Source: Bdellovibrionales bacterium (GTDB lineage: Bacteria; Bdellovibrionota; Bdellovibrionia; Bdellovibrionales; UBA1609). Taken from it: DNA of 64,000 nucleotides. Below the pieces are notes generated by a model. The model saw only the letters and a list, made by a program, of their open reading frames with translations, had not been told where the DNA came from and did not search any database. The first letter of the stretch is position 1. The number at the start of each line of letters is the position of its first letter. This document shows, piece by piece, positions 62,420 to 64,000 of this stretch. The DNA is taken from the NCBI GenBank assembly GCA_965200875.1, contig OZ241456.1:1376001-1440000 (forward strand), in the 5' to 3' direction. Position numbers and translations under genes: made by a program.

Positions 62420-63853
62420 GTGTCACAAAAGGAAAAGTGTATGCGCGATTTTTGCAAAAAAAAGCCTTGGAGAAATGTATGGAAAACAGTCTGTTTTCCA
62501 GTTTTTCCATTTTTTCTGCTCCTCATAAGTGCTTTGCCTGTAAACACTTATGCTAGAAATCCCGTTAATAATCCCTCCAAAGTCAAAAAATCATTCAAAA
62601 TAAAAAGTTTCACAAAAGAAAACACAGAAGCTCAAACTGTCCCCAGCTTAACGGAAACCATTAATAAACAGTCCACCAATCCCAATATTATAGAAGTATT
62701 TGATTCCACCTTATTTGATGAAACTACAGAAGTTTTGGATCATCCTTCCCTTATGTGGTTGCATAACCCAGAGATTAAAGAAAAAAGAAGGAAAATTGTG
62801 GGTACTCAATCCAGCTCTTTTGAACCGTGGTGGAAAATGGAGTTGGACGCCTTTTTACAGGAAGATCGCCTTGACTACAAAGCACTTATGCGAACAAGGA
62901 TAAACGCCAAAGTGCTGACTCAATTAAACAGCTTCTTTTTTGCTCAAGCAGAATTTGAACTGATGACGGGAATTGGCTCTATTCAAACAATTGATCAAAG
63001 GCCCGGCGACACCAGTGGAATATCCCAAAGGGAACTGTTACTGTTATTAAAAACCACCAACTGGCTTACTGTTCAATTTGGCACTATCAATCAAAGATTT
63101 CTTCAGGCCCCTTTATTACTGGCGAAAATTCCTTTTCCCTCCATTGTGGAAAACATAGAACTCTTTGCCGGCAAGTATAATAATCTTTTTTTAAGCTTCC
63201 AACAGGCTGTTCCCACAACTTTTTCAGATGATCATTCCATTTATATTCAGTCCCTAGCGAAAATTCCTTTTTTAATGACAAAGTCTTTTTTCTGGAATTA
63301 TGATCCCAAAAGTTTTTATAAAATAAAATTTAACAGCACTTTTTTTCACTATAGTACTTTACCCAGTGATATAGCACAAAACAGTTGGGCCAATGGAAAT
63401 TCCATTTCTGAAAACCCTGCCAGCTTCAAATATAATTATACGGGATTTTATTTTGGACTGGAACCTTCTTTTCAGCTGTTTCCCAACTTGGGCTTGAAAT
63501 TAAAAGTACATTACATAAACAATTTAAGAGATATGGAAAAAATAGAAGAGCTTAACCAAGGCATCTTATACAGCTTGGAAGTTCCTTTTGATATAACAGA
63601 AAACATCAGGCTCACATCGATTATTGAATACTTTATCTCTCAACCCGATGCTTCTGTTGCCGCCTATAACAGTGAAAGATACGGGCACAGTAACAGAACA
63701 GGATTTGTGGGAGAGCTGATTTTGAGTTTTTACAATAGAAATATGGAAGTGGGTATCCGCCATTTAAACAGCCGAGCTGTGAGAACCGGAGGCCCAAAAG
63801 AGGACCAAAGTTACTATCTACTTTTTTTGAGGACAGGCTATGCTAAAATTTAA
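62420..63853 (+). CDS. Hypothetical outer-membrane beta-barrel protein
   Basis: Signal-like segment, amphipathic aromatic-rich strands, terminal YYLLFLRTGY strand; exact start uncertain. Confidence 0.6.
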   Translation: MSQKEKCMRDFCKKKPWRNVWKTVCFPVFPFFLLLISALPVNTYARNPVNNPSKVKKSFKIKSFTKENTEAQTVPSLTETINKQSTNPNIIEVFDSTLFDETTEVLDHPSLMWLHNPEIKEKRRKIVGTQSSSFEPWWKMELDAFLQEDRLDYKALMRTRINAKVLTQLNSFFFAQAEFELMTGIGSIQTIDQRPGDTSGISQRELLLLLKTTNWLTVQFGTINQRFLQAPLLLAKIPFPSIVENIELFAGKYNNLFLSFQQAVPTTFSDDHSIYIQSLAKIPFLMTKSFFWNYDPKSFYKIKFNSTFFHYSTLPSDIAQNSWANGNSISENPASFKYNYTGFYFGLEPSFQLFPNLGLKLKVHYINNLRDMEKIEELNQGILYSLEVPFDITENIRLTSIIEYFISQPDASVAAYNSERYGHSNRTGFVGELILSFYNRNMEVGIRHLNSRAVRTGGPKEDQSYYLLFLRTGYAKI

Positions 63854-64000
63854 TGTTTTTTTACTTTTTTTATTAATCATTTCTGTGACCACGGGTTGTA
63901 TCAAAAACGAAGTGCAACAGTCCCAAAATACAGGCTGTGACGCCAACTTTATTGTGGATAAAGTGGAAGGTACCTTTTCCATTTCAAAGGAAAAAGCTCT
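63840..64000 (+). CDS. Probable lipoprotein, runs off the window
   Basis: MLKFNVFLLFLLIISVTTGC, open to the window end; overlaps the previous stop. Confidence 0.55.
   Translation, partial: MLKFNVFLLFLLIISVTTGCIKNEVQQSQNTGCDANFIVDKVEGTFSISKEKA

Overview
AT-rich bacterial chromosome segment. The gene set suggests Bdellovibrionota (inference): the ribF-pilB-pilT-pilC-pilS-pilR cluster, a mevalonate isoprenoid pathway, alternative complex III and an alpha2-type GlyRS. The flanks are housekeeping (dnaJ/dnaK, rplY-pth-ychF, type IV pilus motor and regulators, bamA-skp-fabZ, rpmI-rplT, actBC, prpD, dsbD, fur, gmk, rpoZ, rel, glyS, two tRNAs). The centre (about 26-44 kb) is an accessory region, most of it bracketed by two inverted, partly near-identical pentapeptide-repeat lipoprotein cassettes. 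It holds (i) a Cys-rich type IV pilin next to a 1037-aa protein that fuses a pilin-like N-terminus to a tail-fibre-like repeat shaft and an S74 intramolecular chaperone, (ii) a HipA-like kinase paired with a HipA-N/HTH/HEPN-like (DUF4209-like) fusion, under a leaderless promoter with twin palindromic operators, (iii) an Rpn nuclease with a strong internal start for a small C-terminal product, and (iv) remnants of an M.RsrI-like methyltransferase and of a second PD-(D/E)XK gene. Two families of short palindromic MITE-like repeats are scattered through the window. All family assignments come from motif recognition by eye; no database search was run.
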